A stretch of DNA of 64,000 nucleotides from Dehalococcoidia bacterium (GTDB lineage: Bacteria; Chloroflexota; Dehalococcoidia; Bin125), in the NCBI GenBank assembly GCA_965247775.1, contig OZ252031.1, positions 148,294 to 212,293 of the forward strand. The letters run 5' to 3'. Under the pieces are notes generated by a model. It was not told the origin of the DNA. It worked only from the letters and a program-made list of their open reading frames with translations, and ran no database searches. Every line of letters begins with the position of its first letter. The first letter of the stretch is position 1. The position numbers and the translations under genes are program-made. Below, in pieces: positions 51,879 to 62,744 of this stretch.

Positions 51879-52472
51879 ATGGAGCCCGTCACGCGCGTCA
51901 GCGGCCGCGCGATCCCCCTGGACCGGGCGGACGTGGACACCGACCAGATCATCCCGGCCAAGCACCTGAAGCGGATTGAGCGTACGGGCTACGGGCCCTT
52001 CGCCTTCGAACGCTGGCGGGCGGATGCGGAGTTCGTGCTGAACCGGCCGGAGTACGCGGGGGCGCCGATCCTGCTGGCGGGGGCGAACTTCGGCGGCGGA
52101 TCGTCCCGCGAGCATGCGGTCTGGGCGCTGCAGCAGATGGGGCTGGGGGTGGTCATCGCGCCGTCCTTCGCGGACATCTTCCGCAACAACAGCGCCAAGA
52201 TGGGGCTGCTGACGGTGACGCTGCTGCAGGCGGACGTGGAGCGGCTGATGGCGCGTGCGCAAGAGACGCCGGCGGCGGCGATCACGGTGGACCTCGAGAC
52301 GCAGATGGTCTCAACGCCGGATGGGTGGTCGCGGCGGTTCGAGATCGACGGGTTCGTGAAGCGGACGCTGCTCGAGGGGCTGGACGCGATCGACCTGACG
52401 CTGGAGCAGGCCGAGGAGATCAGCGCGTTCGAGCGGACTCGGGCGGGGTACCAGCCGGTGACGAGCGGCTAA
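51879..52472 (+). CDS. leuD: 3-isopropylmalate dehydratase small subunit
   Basis: VDTDQIIP, NFGGGSSREHA and FADIFRNN motifs. Confidence 0.97.
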   Translation: MEPVTRVSGRAIPLDRADVDTDQIIPAKHLKRIERTGYGPFAFERWRADAEFVLNRPEYAGAPILLAGANFGGGSSREHAVWALQQMGLGVVIAPSFADIFRNNSAKMGLLTVTLLQADVERLMARAQETPAAAITVDLETQMVSTPDGWSRRFEIDGFVKRTLLEGLDAIDLTLEQAEEISAFERTRAGYQPVTSG

Positions 52473-52643
52473 GCGGCGGCCGCGGCGAGGCTGCGGATGA
52501 TGGGGGGCTGAGGGCGGCGGCGGGATCGCCCGGGGCGCGGAGCGCGGTATCGAGCGGCGGCGCGATCGGGTGCTTGAGTGTTGGCTTGCCGTTCGCGAGT
52601 ATCGGGGCCGCTGCCGGGCAGCGAGGGCGGAGCGGAGAGTCGT

Positions 52644-53735
52644 ATGGCCAGCTTGAATATTGCGTTGCTGCCAGGGGACGGGATCGGGCCGGAGGTGATG
52701 GCGGAGGGGGTGAAGGTGCTGGACGCGGTGGGCGGACGCTTTGGGCACGAGTTCGCGTACCGGGAGGACACCGTCGGCGGGGCGGCGATCGACGCGTTCG
52801 GCGTGGCGTTGCAGGAGGAGACGCTGGAGATGTGCCGGGGGCAGGACGCGGTCTTCTTTGGGGCGGTGGGCGGCCCCAAGTGGGATGACCCCAGCGCTGC
52901 CGTGCGGCCAGAGCAGGCGATCCTGGGGCTGCGCAAGTCGCTGGGCCTGTTCGCGAACATCCGGCCCGTGAAGATGTACGACTTCTTGGTGGACAGCACC
53001 ACGCTGAAGCCGGAGGTGGTCCGCGGGGTGGACCTGATCGTGCTGCGTGAGCTGACGGGGGGGGTGTACTTCGGGCAGCCGCAGCGGCAGTGGGTGGAGG
53101 GCGGCGAGCGTCACGTGGTGGACACGCTGGCCTACAGCGAGCATGAGATCGAGCGGATCCTGCGGGTGGGGTTCGAGCTGGCGCGGGGGCGTCGCAAGAA
53201 GCTGACCTCGGTGGACAAGGCGAACGTGATGGAGAGTTCGCGGCTGTGGCGGACGATCGCGATGGAGCTGGCCGGCGAGTACCCGGAGGTGGAGCTGGAG
53301 CACGTCCTGATGGACGCCTGCGCGATGCACCTGATCGCGCGGCCGGCGGACTTCGACGTGATCGTGGCGGAGAATCTCTTCGGCGACGTGCTGAGCGATG
53401 AGGCGTCGATGCTGGCGGGGTCGATGGGGATGCTGCCGAGCGCGAGTCTGGGGGAACGTCGCGCGGACGGGACGGGGCTGGGGATGTACGAGCCGATCCA
53501 CGGGACGGCGCCGGATATCGCGGGGCAGGGGATCGCGAACCCGCTGGCGCAGATCCTGAGCGGGGCGATGCTGCTGCGGCTCTCTCTGGGGCTGGAGGCG
53601 GAGGCCGCGGCGGTGGAGGCGGCCGTGTCGTGGGTGCTGGCCGACGGGCATCGGTCCGCGGACATCGCCGGCGAGGACGAGCGACCGGCGAGCACGAGTG
53701 AGATGGGCGATCTGGTGGTGGCGGCGCTGGGCTGA
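52644..53735 (+). CDS. leuB: 3-isopropylmalate dehydrogenase
   Basis: [30 protein letters not shown] and [10 protein letters not shown] motifs. Confidence 0.98.
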   Translation: MASLNIALLPGDGIGPEVMAEGVKVLDAVGGRFGHEFAYREDTVGGAAIDAFGVALQEETLEMCRGQDAVFFGAVGGPKWDDPSAAVRPEQAILGLRKSLGLFANIRPVKMYDFLVDSTTLKPEVVRGVDLIVLRELTGGVYFGQPQRQWVEGGERHVVDTLAYSEHEIERILRVGFELARGRRKKLTSVDKANVMESSRLWRTIAMELAGEYPEVELEHVLMDACAMHLIARPADFDVIVAENLFGDVLSDEASMLAGSMGMLPSASLGERRADGTGLGMYEPIHGTAPDIAGQGIANPLAQILSGAMLLRLSLGLEAEAAAVEAAVSWVLADGHRSADIAGEDERPASTSEMGDLVVAALG

Positions 53736-53798
53736 GCCCGGGCAGGATGCGGTGACTACCCGAGGGCAGGCGCGGCCCGGCCTGCGACCCTGCCCCGC

Positions 53799-54385
53799 AT
53801 GCTGATCGACGACTTCTTGCCGGAGTACGACGTCACGCAGTTCCGCCACACGGTGGTCGAGGCGCCGCCGGAGCGTGTCTACCCAATCCTGCGCCGCTTC
53901 GACGTGAGCGGTGACCGGCTGGCCGATCTCTTGAACAAGGCGAGGGTCCTGCCGGAGAGCGCCGTGCGCCTGGTCCGGCGCCGCCTGCCGCCCGCGGTCG
54001 CAGCATCGAGGAGTTGCTGGAGGAGTTCGGCTGGGTGGTGCTGGCCGAGGAGCCGCCGCGCGAATTCGCTATGGGCCTGGTGGGGCAGTTCTGGAAGCCG
54101 GTCATCCCCGCAGTGCGCGTTAGCCCGGACGAGTTCGCCGGCTTTGACCGGCCGGGCTACGGGAAGGTCGTAGTGGGCTTCTCCCTGCGCGAGTACGGGC
54201 CCGGCCGAACGCTCGTCACGTACGAGTGTCGCACCGCCACGACCGCCGCCCGCGCGCGGCGGCTTTTTGGGCTCTACTGGCGTCTGGTCGGGCTCTTCGC
54301 CGGATTGCTGATGGGACGGGGCCCGGCAACGCTCAAGCGGCAGGCGGAGCGGGCGGCGGCGGCTCCGTCATCGAGCGCGCCCTAG
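53799..54385 (+). pseudogene. Frameshifted DUF2867/SRPBCC-like hypothetical protein
   Basis: N-part MLIDDFLPEYD..H and C-part G.FW....F..PG..K, E.RT, F..YW lie in different frames. Junction near 53990-54010. Confidence 0.65.
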
Positions 54386-55176
54386 AGGGAGCGGAGGAAG
54401 CGCTGCAGCATGGCGTTGACCTGCTGGGGGGATTCCAACTGCGCGAAATGGCCGCTGCCCACGGTTTCGCCGAACCAAACGCCGCGGGGGGTGAGGGCCT
54501 CGCGGATGCGGGTGGTGGGCAGGCCGGTGGTGCCCGCGGCGATATAGAGGGCGGGGAGGGAAAGGGCCTCGAGGGCGCCGGCGTTGTCGTGCGCCTGGAG
54601 GTGCTGCATGGCGGAGGCGATGACGTGGGGCGGGGTGTGGGCGGAGCGGGCGGCTTCGCGGTCGGCGAGGGCCTGGTCGAAGTCGGGGCGGAAGAAGGCA
54701 CGGATGTAGCGGCGGGCGAAGTCGGCGTCGAGGGCGGCGGCGCGGGAGAGGCCGGCGCGGCGGCGGAAGCTGCGCCAGCGCTGGGCGGGGGGGTCGGGGT
54801 GGACGGGGGCATCCAGCATGACAAGGGCGCGGAGGGCACGGGGGTAGTCGGCGGCGAGGCGGAGGGCGATGACGCCGCCCATGGAGTGCCCGACGACGAC
54901 GGGGCGGGGCAGCCGGAGCCGACGGATGAGCCAGGCCAGGTCGTCGGCGAGGGACTCCATCGTGTAGTCGCCGGGGGGCGCGTCGGAGCGGCCGTGGCCG
55001 CGCAGGTCGACGGCGACGACGCGATGGCGGCGTCGGAGGGCGCGGGCCAGCGGGGACCACTGGCCCAGGTGGCAGGTCCAGCCGTGGACGAGGAGGAAGG
55101 GGGGATCCTGGCGGCGACGGTGGGTGCCAGCGTCGGTGTAGTGCAGGCGGACCCCGTGCCGGGTGAGGTAGGGCAT
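54382..55176 (-). CDS. Alpha/beta fold hydrolase
   Basis: HGW, DLRGHG, GHSMGG and GHF motifs. AAGGAG RBS. Confidence 0.92.
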   Translation of the reverse strand: MPYLTRHGVRLHYTDAGTHRRRQDPPFLLVHGWTCHLGQWSPLARALRRRHRVVAVDLRGHGRSDAPPGDYTMESLADDLAWLIRRLRLPRPVVVGHSMGGVIALRLAADYPRALRALVMLDAPVHPDPPAQRWRSFRRRAGLSRAAALDADFARRYIRAFFRPDFDQALADREAARSAHTPPHVIASAMQHLQAHDNAGALEALSLPALYIAAGTTGLPTTRIREALTPRGVWFGETVGSGHFAQLESPQQVNAMLQRFLRSL

Positions 55177-55453
55177 GGCCGTCTCCTTGGGGGGGCCGAT
55201 GCTAGGGGACGGCTTGCCGCCTCCGAGCGCGGCGGGTAGCGTGGATAGCGACAGAACGACGAGACCGAGGCGCCTGCTCATGCCCGCTCCGCGAGCAGCG
55301 AAGGGACCAGCATCCGCCGCGACCCCCGCGGCGGTGGCAATTGCGCGCTGACGAGCGCGTTCGCCCGGCCCCCGCCGGGTCCCGCGAACCGTTCCCCCTC
55401 CTTCCCCGGCCGTCCCCACTCGACGGGTCTCGGCGCATTCGCAGGGAACCGCC

Positions 55454-57070
55454 ATGACTGATCCTCCATCCGTTTTGCTCTACGACACGCTGCTGCGCGA
55501 CGGTTCGCAAATGGAGGGCATCGCGTTTTCCTTGGACGACAAGGTGGTCATCGCGCACCGGCTGGATGCGCTGGGGGTGCACTACGTGGAGGGGGGGTTC
55601 CCGGGGAGCAACCAGAAGGACAAGGCGTTTTTCGAGCGCATGCGCGGGCGCCCGCTGGGCCGGGCCAAGTTGGTGGCTTTTGGGGGCACGCGCAAGCCGG
55701 ACTCGGAGACCGCGGACGACTTCAACATGCAGGCGCTGTTGGGGGCAGAGACGGGCGTCGTGACGTTGGTTGGCAAGGCGAGCGCGTACCAGGTGCGGGT
55801 GGCGCTGGGGACATCGCAGGAGGAGAACCTGTCGATGGTGCGCGAGTCGGTGGCGTTCATGAAGGAGCAGGGCAAGGAGGTCCACTTCGACGCGGAGCAT
55901 TTCTTCGACGGGTTCCGGCAAGACCCGGACTACGCTCTGCAGTCGTTGCGGAGCGCGGCGCGGGCGGGGGCGGATTCTTTGGTGCTCTGCGACACAAACG
56001 GCGGAGCGATGACGGCCGACGTGCTGCGGGCCATCGCGGCGGTGCGCGCGGCGGCGCCGGAGGCGACGCTGGGCATCCACTGTCACAACGACTGCGAGCT
56101 GGCGGTGGCGAACAGCCTCGCGGCGGTGGAGGCGGGCGTGACACACGTGCAGGGTTGTGTGAACGGGTACGGGGAGCGCTGCGGTAACGCGAACCTGAGC
56201 AGCGTGATCGCGAACCTGCAGCTGAAGATGGGGCGGCCGGTGGTGACGGCGGCGCAGCTGAGCGATCTGACGAGCAGCAGCCTCTTCGTCGCGGAAGTGG
56301 CGAATCTGCCGCTGGACGGGCAGGCGGCCTACGTGGGGCGGAGCGCGTTCGCGCACAAGGCGGGGTACCACGTGGCGGCGGTGGTGAAGGACGCGGACAC
56401 GTACCAGCACATCGACCCGGACGTGGTGGGGAACGGGCGGCGTGTCCTGGTGAGTGAGCTGTCGGGCCAGCGCAACGTGGCCTACAAGCTGGAGGAGCGC
56501 GGGCTGGATCTGCCGCTGAGCCGGGAGGAGAACCGGACGCTGCTGGAGCGCGTGAAGGAGATGGAGGGGCGGGGGTTCCAGTACGAGGGAGCGGAAGCGT
56601 CGTTCGAGTTGCTGGCGCGGCGGCTGCGTCCCGGTTACCGGCCGCCGTTCAGCCTGGAGGACTTCCTGATCGTGAACCGGCGGCGGCATCGGGACGACGG
56701 CGACCCGACGACGCACTCGGAGATGCAGGCGGAGGCGATGACCAAGATCGGGGTGGGGGAGGAGGTCTACCAGACGGCCGGGGAGGGCAATGGGCCGGTG
56801 AGCGCGATGGACCAGTCGATCCGGCGGGGGTTGCGACAGGCCTATGCGGAGATCGACCAGGTGCACTTGCTGGACTACAAAGTGCGCATCCTCGATGCGG
56901 CGAGCGGCACGGACGCCTCGGTGCGGGTGCTGATTGAGTCGTCAGACGGCGCGCACGTCTGGCACACGGTGGGGTCCTCCACGGATGTGATCGAGGCGTC
57001 CTGGATCGCGCTGTCCGACGCTTACGAGTACTTCCTGCTCAAACAGCCGGAGTGGGGCGCGCCGGGCTGA
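55454..57070 (+). CDS. cimA: Citramalate synthase
   Basis: YDTLLRDGSQ.EG, PGSN, DAEHFFDG, NGYGERCGNA, FAHK and LDYKVRI motifs. Confidence 0.92.
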   Translation: MTDPPSVLLYDTLLRDGSQMEGIAFSLDDKVVIAHRLDALGVHYVEGGFPGSNQKDKAFFERMRGRPLGRAKLVAFGGTRKPDSETADDFNMQALLGAETGVVTLVGKASAYQVRVALGTSQEENLSMVRESVAFMKEQGKEVHFDAEHFFDGFRQDPDYALQSLRSAARAGADSLVLCDTNGGAMTADVLRAIAAVRAAAPEATLGIHCHNDCELAVANSLAAVEAGVTHVQGCVNGYGERCGNANLSSVIANLQLKMGRPVVTAAQLSDLTSSSLFVAEVANLPLDGQAAYVGRSAFAHKAGYHVAAVVKDADTYQHIDPDVVGNGRRVLVSELSGQRNVAYKLEERGLDLPLSREENRTLLERVKEMEGRGFQYEGAEASFELLARRLRPGYRPPFSLEDFLIVNRRRHRDDGDPTTHSEMQAEAMTKIGVGEEVYQTAGEGNGPVSAMDQSIRRGLRQAYAEIDQVHLLDYKVRILDAASGTDASVRVLIESSDGAHVWHTVGSSTDVIEASWIALSDAYEYFLLKQPEWGAPG

Positions 57071-57097
57071 CGGGCGGTCTTGCTTCGCCGCGCGGGC

Positions 57098-57958
57098 CTA
57101 GTCCTGCGCGGCGGACGCCGGGGGCGGCGAGGGCAGGAGGTGGGGGGTGGCCGCGATCAGGCGCGCTTCGCCGTTCAGAGCGACGACGAGGACGCGATCC
57201 CCTGGGGTGGGTTCGCCCCGCACCGTCGTTTCCCCGTCGAGCGTGAACGTGCGCTCGGCGTCGTTCGCGGCCACGGTGACGGCATCGTCGCTGAGGCTCA
57301 GGAGCGTGCCACCGGCGGCTTCGACGTGGAGCGCGCCCTCGGCGCCCTCGAAGCGACCGTCGAACTCGAAGCTGCCGTTGGGGAGGCCGGGGAATCGCGG
57401 GAAGGGGAAGGGCGCGAAGCCGCCCTCGTGGCACGGCGGGAAGCCGGGCTCGCCGTGGCCGAAGGGGAAGCCGCCGGGGCCCAGGGCCACGTCCAGCGTC
57501 AGTTCGGCCCCATCGCGCTCGATGCGGAGGCTGACGGTATCGCCCGGCGATAGGTCCGCGAGCGCGTCGCGGACGGCCTCCGGGCTCTGGACGGGGACGC
57601 CGTTGAGGGAGCGGATCACGTCGTTGGGCTGGAGTCCGACCTCGGCGGCGCCGCTGCCGGGCAGGACGGCATGGACGGTGAGCCCGGCGTCGGTGTCGCG
57701 GACGGCAAGGCCGAGCAGCAGGCCGCCCCGGGTTGGTTGCGCCGCTTCCTGGACGCCGCGTGCGCCGGCGCCGGGGATGGGGACGGCTTCGGTGTGACTG
57801 GGGGCGGGGGCGGCGCGGTCAGGGGCGGGCAGGGCGGCGAGGAGGCTGGGGCTGGCGGTGTCGTCGTCGAGGGCGAGGATGAGGGCGGTCAGCCCGAGGC
57901 CGACACCGAGGATGGCCACGCCGACCAGGGCGACCCACGGCCAGGAGGCTGGTTTCAT
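57098..57958 (-). CDS. Membrane-anchored PDZ domain protein
   Basis: N-terminal TM, then LLGL..., V.PGS.A...GL..ND.I..LNG (PDZ), then a C-terminal small beta domain. Confidence 0.8.
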   Translation of the reverse strand: MKPASWPWVALVGVAILGVGLGLTALILALDDDTASPSLLAALPAPDRAAPAPSHTEAVPIPGAGARGVQEAAQPTRGGLLLGLAVRDTDAGLTVHAVLPGSGAAEVGLQPNDVIRSLNGVPVQSPEAVRDALADLSPGDTVSLRIERDGAELTLDVALGPGGFPFGHGEPGFPPCHEGGFAPFPFPRFPGLPNGSFEFDGRFEGAEGALHVEAAGGTLLSLSDDAVTVAANDAERTFTLDGETTVRGEPTPGDRVLVVALNGEARLIAATPHLLPSPPPASAAQD

Positions 57959-58018
57959 CCGCGGGTCCTCCCGCTGGTGCGCGTGGGGCACAGCCTGCGG
58001 CCCGGAGAATAGGCGGGC

Positions 58019-58075
58019 GTAACCCCGGTGTAAGAAGCGTGTAAACGGCATCGCCGGGCGGGGGCGGGTTACAAT
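58019..58075 (+). promoter_or_regulatory. Three GTAA direct repeats at 11-bp spacing upstream of a TACAAT -10 box
   Basis: GTAA at 58019, 58030 and 58041. TACAAT at 58070-58075. Lies between the divergent PDZ and Zn-ribbon genes. Confidence 0.5.
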
Positions 58076-58156
58076 GGGGGGCGGCCGCCGACGGTCGGCG
58101 GGAGCGACGGGAACCGGGGCGCCCGCCCCGGGCGTCGTGTGGGAAAGGGAGTGACG

Positions 58157-58372
58157 GTGGAAGGCGATGGGTTCTTTTCGTTCCCGCCCTGCCAGCGGTG
58201 TGACGAGGGCCAGCTCGTGCCCCTGTCAGACTTCGGCAGTCAGGGGGCGTCCATCCTCTACAAGGCCTGGGTGTGCACCAACCCGCATTGCGGGTACAAC
58301 GTGAAGATCCGGAACGGCGATGTCTACATCGACGAGCCCATCATGGACGCCACCCGCGAAGGCCGCCGCTGA
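58157..58372 (+). CDS. Small Zn-ribbon-like protein
   Basis: CQRC...LVPLSDFG...YKAWVCTNPHCG. AAGGGAG RBS. Start uncertain (58139-58157). Confidence 0.75.
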   Translation: MEGDGFFSFPPCQRCDEGQLVPLSDFGSQGASILYKAWVCTNPHCGYNVKIRNGDVYIDEPIMDATREGRR

Positions 58373-58895
58373 GTTTCGGGGCCCAGGGCGTCGACGGGAT
58401 GAGAGCGTCTGGTCAGGGCCGCTGCTGGGGGTGCTGGCGGCGGTGGCGGTGGGGCTGCCGGTGCTGGTGGCCGTACTCCTGATCACGGAGTTCGGCATCC
58501 TGGCGGAGACGGATTCCGCCCCGGGGAGCGCGGCGGCGGCGGAGGCGGCGCCGCGAGGGAGCCTCGAGCCCCTGTTGTCGGCGGCGCCGCGCGACGTGCT
58601 GGCGCTTGGGCCGACGGCGCCGGTGGCGGCGACGGCGGCGGACCTGCCGCCGCCGGCGGCCCGGGTGTACGTGGTGGTGCCGGGTGACGTGCTGCACGTG
58701 ATCGCACGGCGTTTCGGGGTCACGACTGAGGCGCTGGCGGCCTATAACGCGCTGTCGAATCCAGATGCGCTGCGCGTTGGGCAGGAGTTGCGCGTGCCCC
58801 CGGCGGGCTACGTCCTGCCGAGCGAGGCCAGCCCGGCCGAGCAGGCGGCGGGCCCGCCGTCGTTCCCCTTTGGACCGCTGGCGCCCCGCGGCTGA
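58320..58895 (+). CDS. LysM domain membrane protein (start uncertain)
   Basis: TM segment, then YVVVPGD.L..IA.RFGV....L...N.L.NP..L.VGQ.L..P. Confidence 0.82.
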   Translation: MSTSTSPSWTPPAKAAAEFRGPGRRRDESVWSGPLLGVLAAVAVGLPVLVAVLLITEFGILAETDSAPGSAAAAEAAPRGSLEPLLSAAPRDVLALGPTAPVAATAADLPPPAARVYVVVPGDVLHVIARRFGVTTEALAAYNALSNPDALRVGQELRVPPAGYVLPSEASPAEQAAGPPSFPFGPLAPRG

Positions 58896-58964
58896 CGGCC
58901 CGGGAGCGCCTGCGGCGGGGGCGCTTGTCGCTCTGGGGCGCGGGCCCGTACCCTGAGGTCGCGT

Positions 58965-59042
<78 letters not shown>

Positions 59043-59294
59043 CCCTTCTGCTCGCCGCGGCCTGAGGCCGCGGGCGTGCGGGCGCTGTGGAGGGGGCGGG
59101 CTGGGCGGCGCCCAACGGGGGCCGGGGCGGTCAGGAGACTTCGCGCGACTCGTCGACGCTGCGGCGCGGCGGCTGGAAATCGCCGGCGGTGTGCTCCGGG
59201 GACGGCGCCAGGCCGGCGCGGACGGCGATCTGCGTGCGATTGGCGCGGCGCCCTAAGGGCCGGGGGGGGGCAGAGCGGGTGCGCGGCGCCGCAT

Positions 59295-59490
59295 GCGGCG
59301 CCGCTGATCGAGACGCAGAGCGAGCATGGGGTGGGGACGCCGCGGCTCAACCGGCCCGAGAAGCGCAATGCGATCACCAGGGAGCTGGCGGAGGCGATTT
59401 GCTCGGCGATGGACCGGCTGAAGGCTGATCCGGGCTCGTCGTGGAGGCGAACGAGGCGCTGGCGATGGGCCTGGCGAATCGGGTGACACC
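59295..59490 (+). pseudogene. Enoyl-CoA hydratase remnant (internal deletion)
   Basis: [11 protein letters not shown]...DP is followed immediately by [15 protein letters not shown] in another frame. Confidence 0.75.
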
Positions 59491-59528
59491 GGCGGTGGGG
59501 CGCAGGGCTGAGGCTCGCGGGGTCCGGG

Positions 59529-59894
59529 CTACTGGGCGGGATAGACGAGACGGCGCAAGGCGATACGGCGGTTGCTGGCGTGGGGTCGGACCTGGCCGGG
59601 CCAGCGGCCGACATCGACGGCTTGGGCCCAGGCGTCGCTGCTGAGGACGTCCGGGCTTTCGAGTTCGTAGAGGGCGGTGTAGCGAGGCTCGTCGGCGGGG
59701 TCGGGGAGGGTGAAGGGTCGGCCGCCGATGACGACAGTGGCGGGCTCGATGCGGAAGCGAGCGACGGCGAGGACGCCGGGGACGTCGCGGACGGCGGGAA
59801 GGTGCTCGGTGTCGTAGACCTCCTCGAAGAGCGCCTCATGTTCGGCGTCGATGTCCATAGAGGCGGTGTAGATGTAGCGGCTGGTGACGGGCAT
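59529..59894 (-). CDS. EthD/DUF4286-like dimeric alpha-beta barrel protein
   Basis: F...Y..EHLP....VPG...A.RF and Y.ALYE motifs. AAAGGA RBS. Confidence 0.8.
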   Translation of the reverse strand: MPVTSRYIYTASMDIDAEHEALFEEVYDTEHLPAVRDVPGVLAVARFRIEPATVVIGGRPFTLPDPADEPRYTALYELESPDVLSSDAWAQAVDVGRWPGQVRPHASNRRIALRRLVYPAQ

Positions 59895-60059
59895 GCTGGC
59901 GGTTCCTTTCCGGCCCCGGCGACAGTGTGGGGCGGGTCGGGCCCGGCCGCACGCTGGCTAGACTAGCCAGGGCGGGTCCTGTGTGGCGGCGCTGGAAGGG
60001 AGGGTGACCATGGCCGCGGCGTGTGGGACGGGCGGATGTGTGCCAGCGGCGGCTGGCTC

Positions 60060-60972
60060 GTGACGGCCTCCAGCGGGGGATCAGCTGAGAGGCGCGTGCC
60101 GCCGGAGCGGCTGCAGCATTTCGTGGCGGCGGTGGCGCGGGCGGAGGGCGTGCCAGGCGACCAGGCGGAGACGTTCGCGGCGCGCATGATCGAGGCGGAC
60201 CTGCGGGGTATGCACGGGCACGGGGTGGTGCGGCTGGCACCCTACGTGCGGCGCATGCGCGAGGGCGGGTACACCCTGCGGCCGAAGATTCGGGCGCTGC
60301 GCGAGACGCCGGTGAGCGCTCTGGTGGAAGGCGACAACGGGCTGGGGCAGGTGGTGATGACGTTCGCGGTGGAGACGGCGATCGCGAAGGCGCGGGCGTC
60401 GGGGCTGGCCTGGGTGGGGGTGCGGGGAGGCAACCAGGCCGGGGCCGGGGGCGTCTATGCGGCGCTGGCCTTGCCGCACGACCTTGCCGGCCGGGTGGAT
60501 GGTGGGGCCGGACGGGCGTGCGTTGACGGATTCGCGGCGGGCGGGGGAGGGGCTGTTGCTGCCGGTGGGGGGGCACAAGGGGTCGGGCCTGAGCATGATG
60601 GTGGGGATGCTGGCGGGGGTGATGAACGGAGCGGCGTTCGGCAGCGCCGTGATCGACTTCAACGCCGGCTACACGTCGGCGACGAATACGGGCAGGCCTA
60701 CCTGGCGCTGCGCCCCGATCTGTTCCGCGACCTGCCGGAGTTCAAGGCGGAGATGGACCTGCGCTTGCGGGAGCTGCGCGCATCGCGGCCGGCGCCGGGC
60801 GAGGGCGCGGTGCGGGTTCCGGGGGAGATGGCCGCCGCCCGGGAGGCGGAGATGCGCGCGCAGGGCATCCCCGTGGCGGCAGGGGGGCACCTCCGTGACG
60901 CGCACGATCGTGGAGACGGGCGAGACGATCGAGCATCTTTCGGCCGCGGACCTGACGGGGACGACGGGCTAG
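60060..60972 (+). pseudogene. Malate/L-lactate (Ldh_2, ComC-like) dehydrogenase pseudogene
   Basis: ADLRG..GHG, DNGLG, GG.KG.GL and RVPGE motifs split over two frames, with a deletion near 60487 and a frameshift near 60690. Confidence 0.8.
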
Positions 60973-60984
60973 CGGGAGGCCGAT

Positions 60985-62004
60985 CTACTGGGGCGTGTCG
61001 CCGGGTTCGGGCAGGCCGAAGTCATCGGCGGCGAAGGCGTCGAGACGGGCGAGGTGGTCGTCGCTGATGGGGGGCAGGGCGGCGCCTTGGACGGCGCCCC
61101 GCAGCTCGGCGCGGTTCTTGGCGCCGGGGATGACGGTGGCGACCTGCGGGTTCCCGATGACGAAGCGGGCGGCCAACTGCGCCAGAGGCGTGCGGTCGGC
61201 GGTGAGGAAGTCGAGGCACTGCGCGCGCCGGGCGTCGCGGCCGTGCAGGGAGTCGGGGTCGACGGAGCGGTCGAAGCCGCCGGTGAGGGCGCCGGCGGCG
61301 AGGTTGCGGATGCCGATCACGCCCAGGCCGAGTTCGGCGGCGAGGGGGATGATCTGGCCGTGGTCGTGGAGGGTGGAGCCGGGGGGGAGCGGTTGGGCGG
61401 CGGAGCGGTTGAGGAGGTGGTAGTAGGCCTGAACGGTGTCGAAGGCGCCACTGCGCATGACCTCGCGGATAGCGGCGGCCTCGCCGACGCCGGTAAAGCC
61501 GACGAAGCGGACCGCCTCCGTGGCCTTGAGGCGGCGGAAGGCCTCGGCGACGCCGTGGGCGCCGAGGACGTGGTCGAGACCGAGGGAGCGGCGCGGCTCA
61601 CCGGTGACCGTGACCTGGGTGACGGAGCCGGGCTCGCGGGAGACCATGTTGTGTAGTTGGAAAACATCGATGCGGTCGGTGCGGAGGCGCTCCAGGCTCT
61701 CGCTGACGCTGCGCTCGACGGCGGCGGGAATGTCGGTGAGATCGGCGGGCTGGAGGAGGATCTTGGTGGCGATGACGGCGTCGTGGCGGCGGCCGTCGAG
61801 GGCGCGGCCGAGGTTCTCCTCGGCCCTGCCGCCGCCGTAGGCGGGGGCGACGTCGAAGTAGTTGATGCCGGCATCGAGGGCGGCGTGGACGGTGGCCTGG
61901 GCTTCGGCGTCGGTGGTGTGGCCGAAGATGTGGCCGAGGCCGCCGCCGCCCAGGCCGAGCGCGGACACGCGCAGGCCGGTGCGACCGAGGATCCGATGCT
62001 GCAT
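60985..62004 (-). CDS. Aldo/keto reductase
   Basis: LGRTGL.VS, GINYFDVA..YG.G.AE, SLERLRTD.ID..QLH and IPGAK motifs. Confidence 0.94.
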   Translation of the reverse strand: MQHRILGRTGLRVSALGLGGGGLGHIFGHTTDAEAQATVHAALDAGINYFDVAPAYGGGRAEENLGRALDGRRHDAVIATKILLQPADLTDIPAAVERSVSESLERLRTDRIDVFQLHNMVSREPGSVTQVTVTGEPRRSLGLDHVLGAHGVAEAFRRLKATEAVRFVGFTGVGEAAAIREVMRSGAFDTVQAYYHLLNRSAAQPLPPGSTLHDHGQIIPLAAELGLGVIGIRNLAAGALTGGFDRSVDPDSLHGRDARRAQCLDFLTADRTPLAQLAARFVIGNPQVATVIPGAKNRAELRGAVQGAALPPISDDHLARLDAFAADDFGLPEPGDTPQ

Positions 62005-62120
62005 GCGGCACCTCCGGGCGTCGCAATGCTACCGCCAGCCTGGCCGCTCGTCGCCGCGTCTGTGCCCAGCGAGCGGGCGGCTGGACTCGCAGGTGGTGCG
62101 GAAGCGGGATGGAGGTCGCG

Positions 62121-62695
62121 ATGGCTCGGGTGTCGTTCGTTGCCGAGGAAGACGCGTCGCCGGAGGTCCGCGGCGTGTATGCGCGCCAGCGCGCGCATCT
62201 GGGGCAGGTGCTGACGACTACGCGGGTGCGGGCGCACTGCCCCGAGCTGCTGCTGGGCATCGAGGCGTTGCTGGCGGGGCAGGAGCGTAGCGAGGCAGCG
62301 CCTGCGGCGACGAAGACGCTGGTGACGCTGCTGGTGTCGCGGCTGAACGGCTGCCCCATTGAGTGGACCGGCACTCGGCGCGGAGTCTCCGCGCCGGCCA
62401 TGAAGCAGAGAAGCTGGCGCACATCTTGGACTACGCCACAGACCGGGCGTTCAGCGAGGCCGAGCGGGCCGCGCTGGCCTACGCCGAGGCGCTGACTCGG
62501 ACGCCGGTGGCCGTGACCGATGCCATCTTCGAGGCGCTGCGTACGCACTTCGATACCGCGGCGATCGTGGAGTTGACCGGCGTGGCGGCGATCCAGAATT
62601 TCAACGCCAAGTTCAACGGGGGTTTGCGGGTGGATGCGAACGGGGTCTGCCCGATTCCCTTGCCGGGCACGCGCTGGCCGGAGGCGGGCGGGTAG
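62121..62695 (+). CDS. Carboxymuconolactone decarboxylase/AhpD-family probable selenoprotein (CxxU) with 1-nt frameshift near 62352-62360
   Basis: N-part ...VSRLNGCP and C-part VDRHSA..FSEAERAAL.YAE..VELT...N..A.FN. The TGA at 62360-62 is in frame with the C-part at the second Cys of CxxC. SECIS-like hairpin follows. Confidence 0.78.
62376..62396 (+). promoter_or_regulatory. Candidate bacterial SECIS element
   Basis: Perfect 9-bp stem CGGCGCGGA-GUC-UCCGCGCCG beginning 13 nt after the UGA. Confidence 0.7.
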
Positions 62696-62744
62696 CGGCG
62701 ACGGCCGGAGCGATCGGCAGGGCGGACGGATTGGGCCCGAGGGC

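Noticed and set aside
55241-55453. Attenuator upstream of cimA
   Set aside because: The short ORF has only one Ile and one Val near its end and there is no terminator with a U-tract. The hairpins are explainable by GC content.
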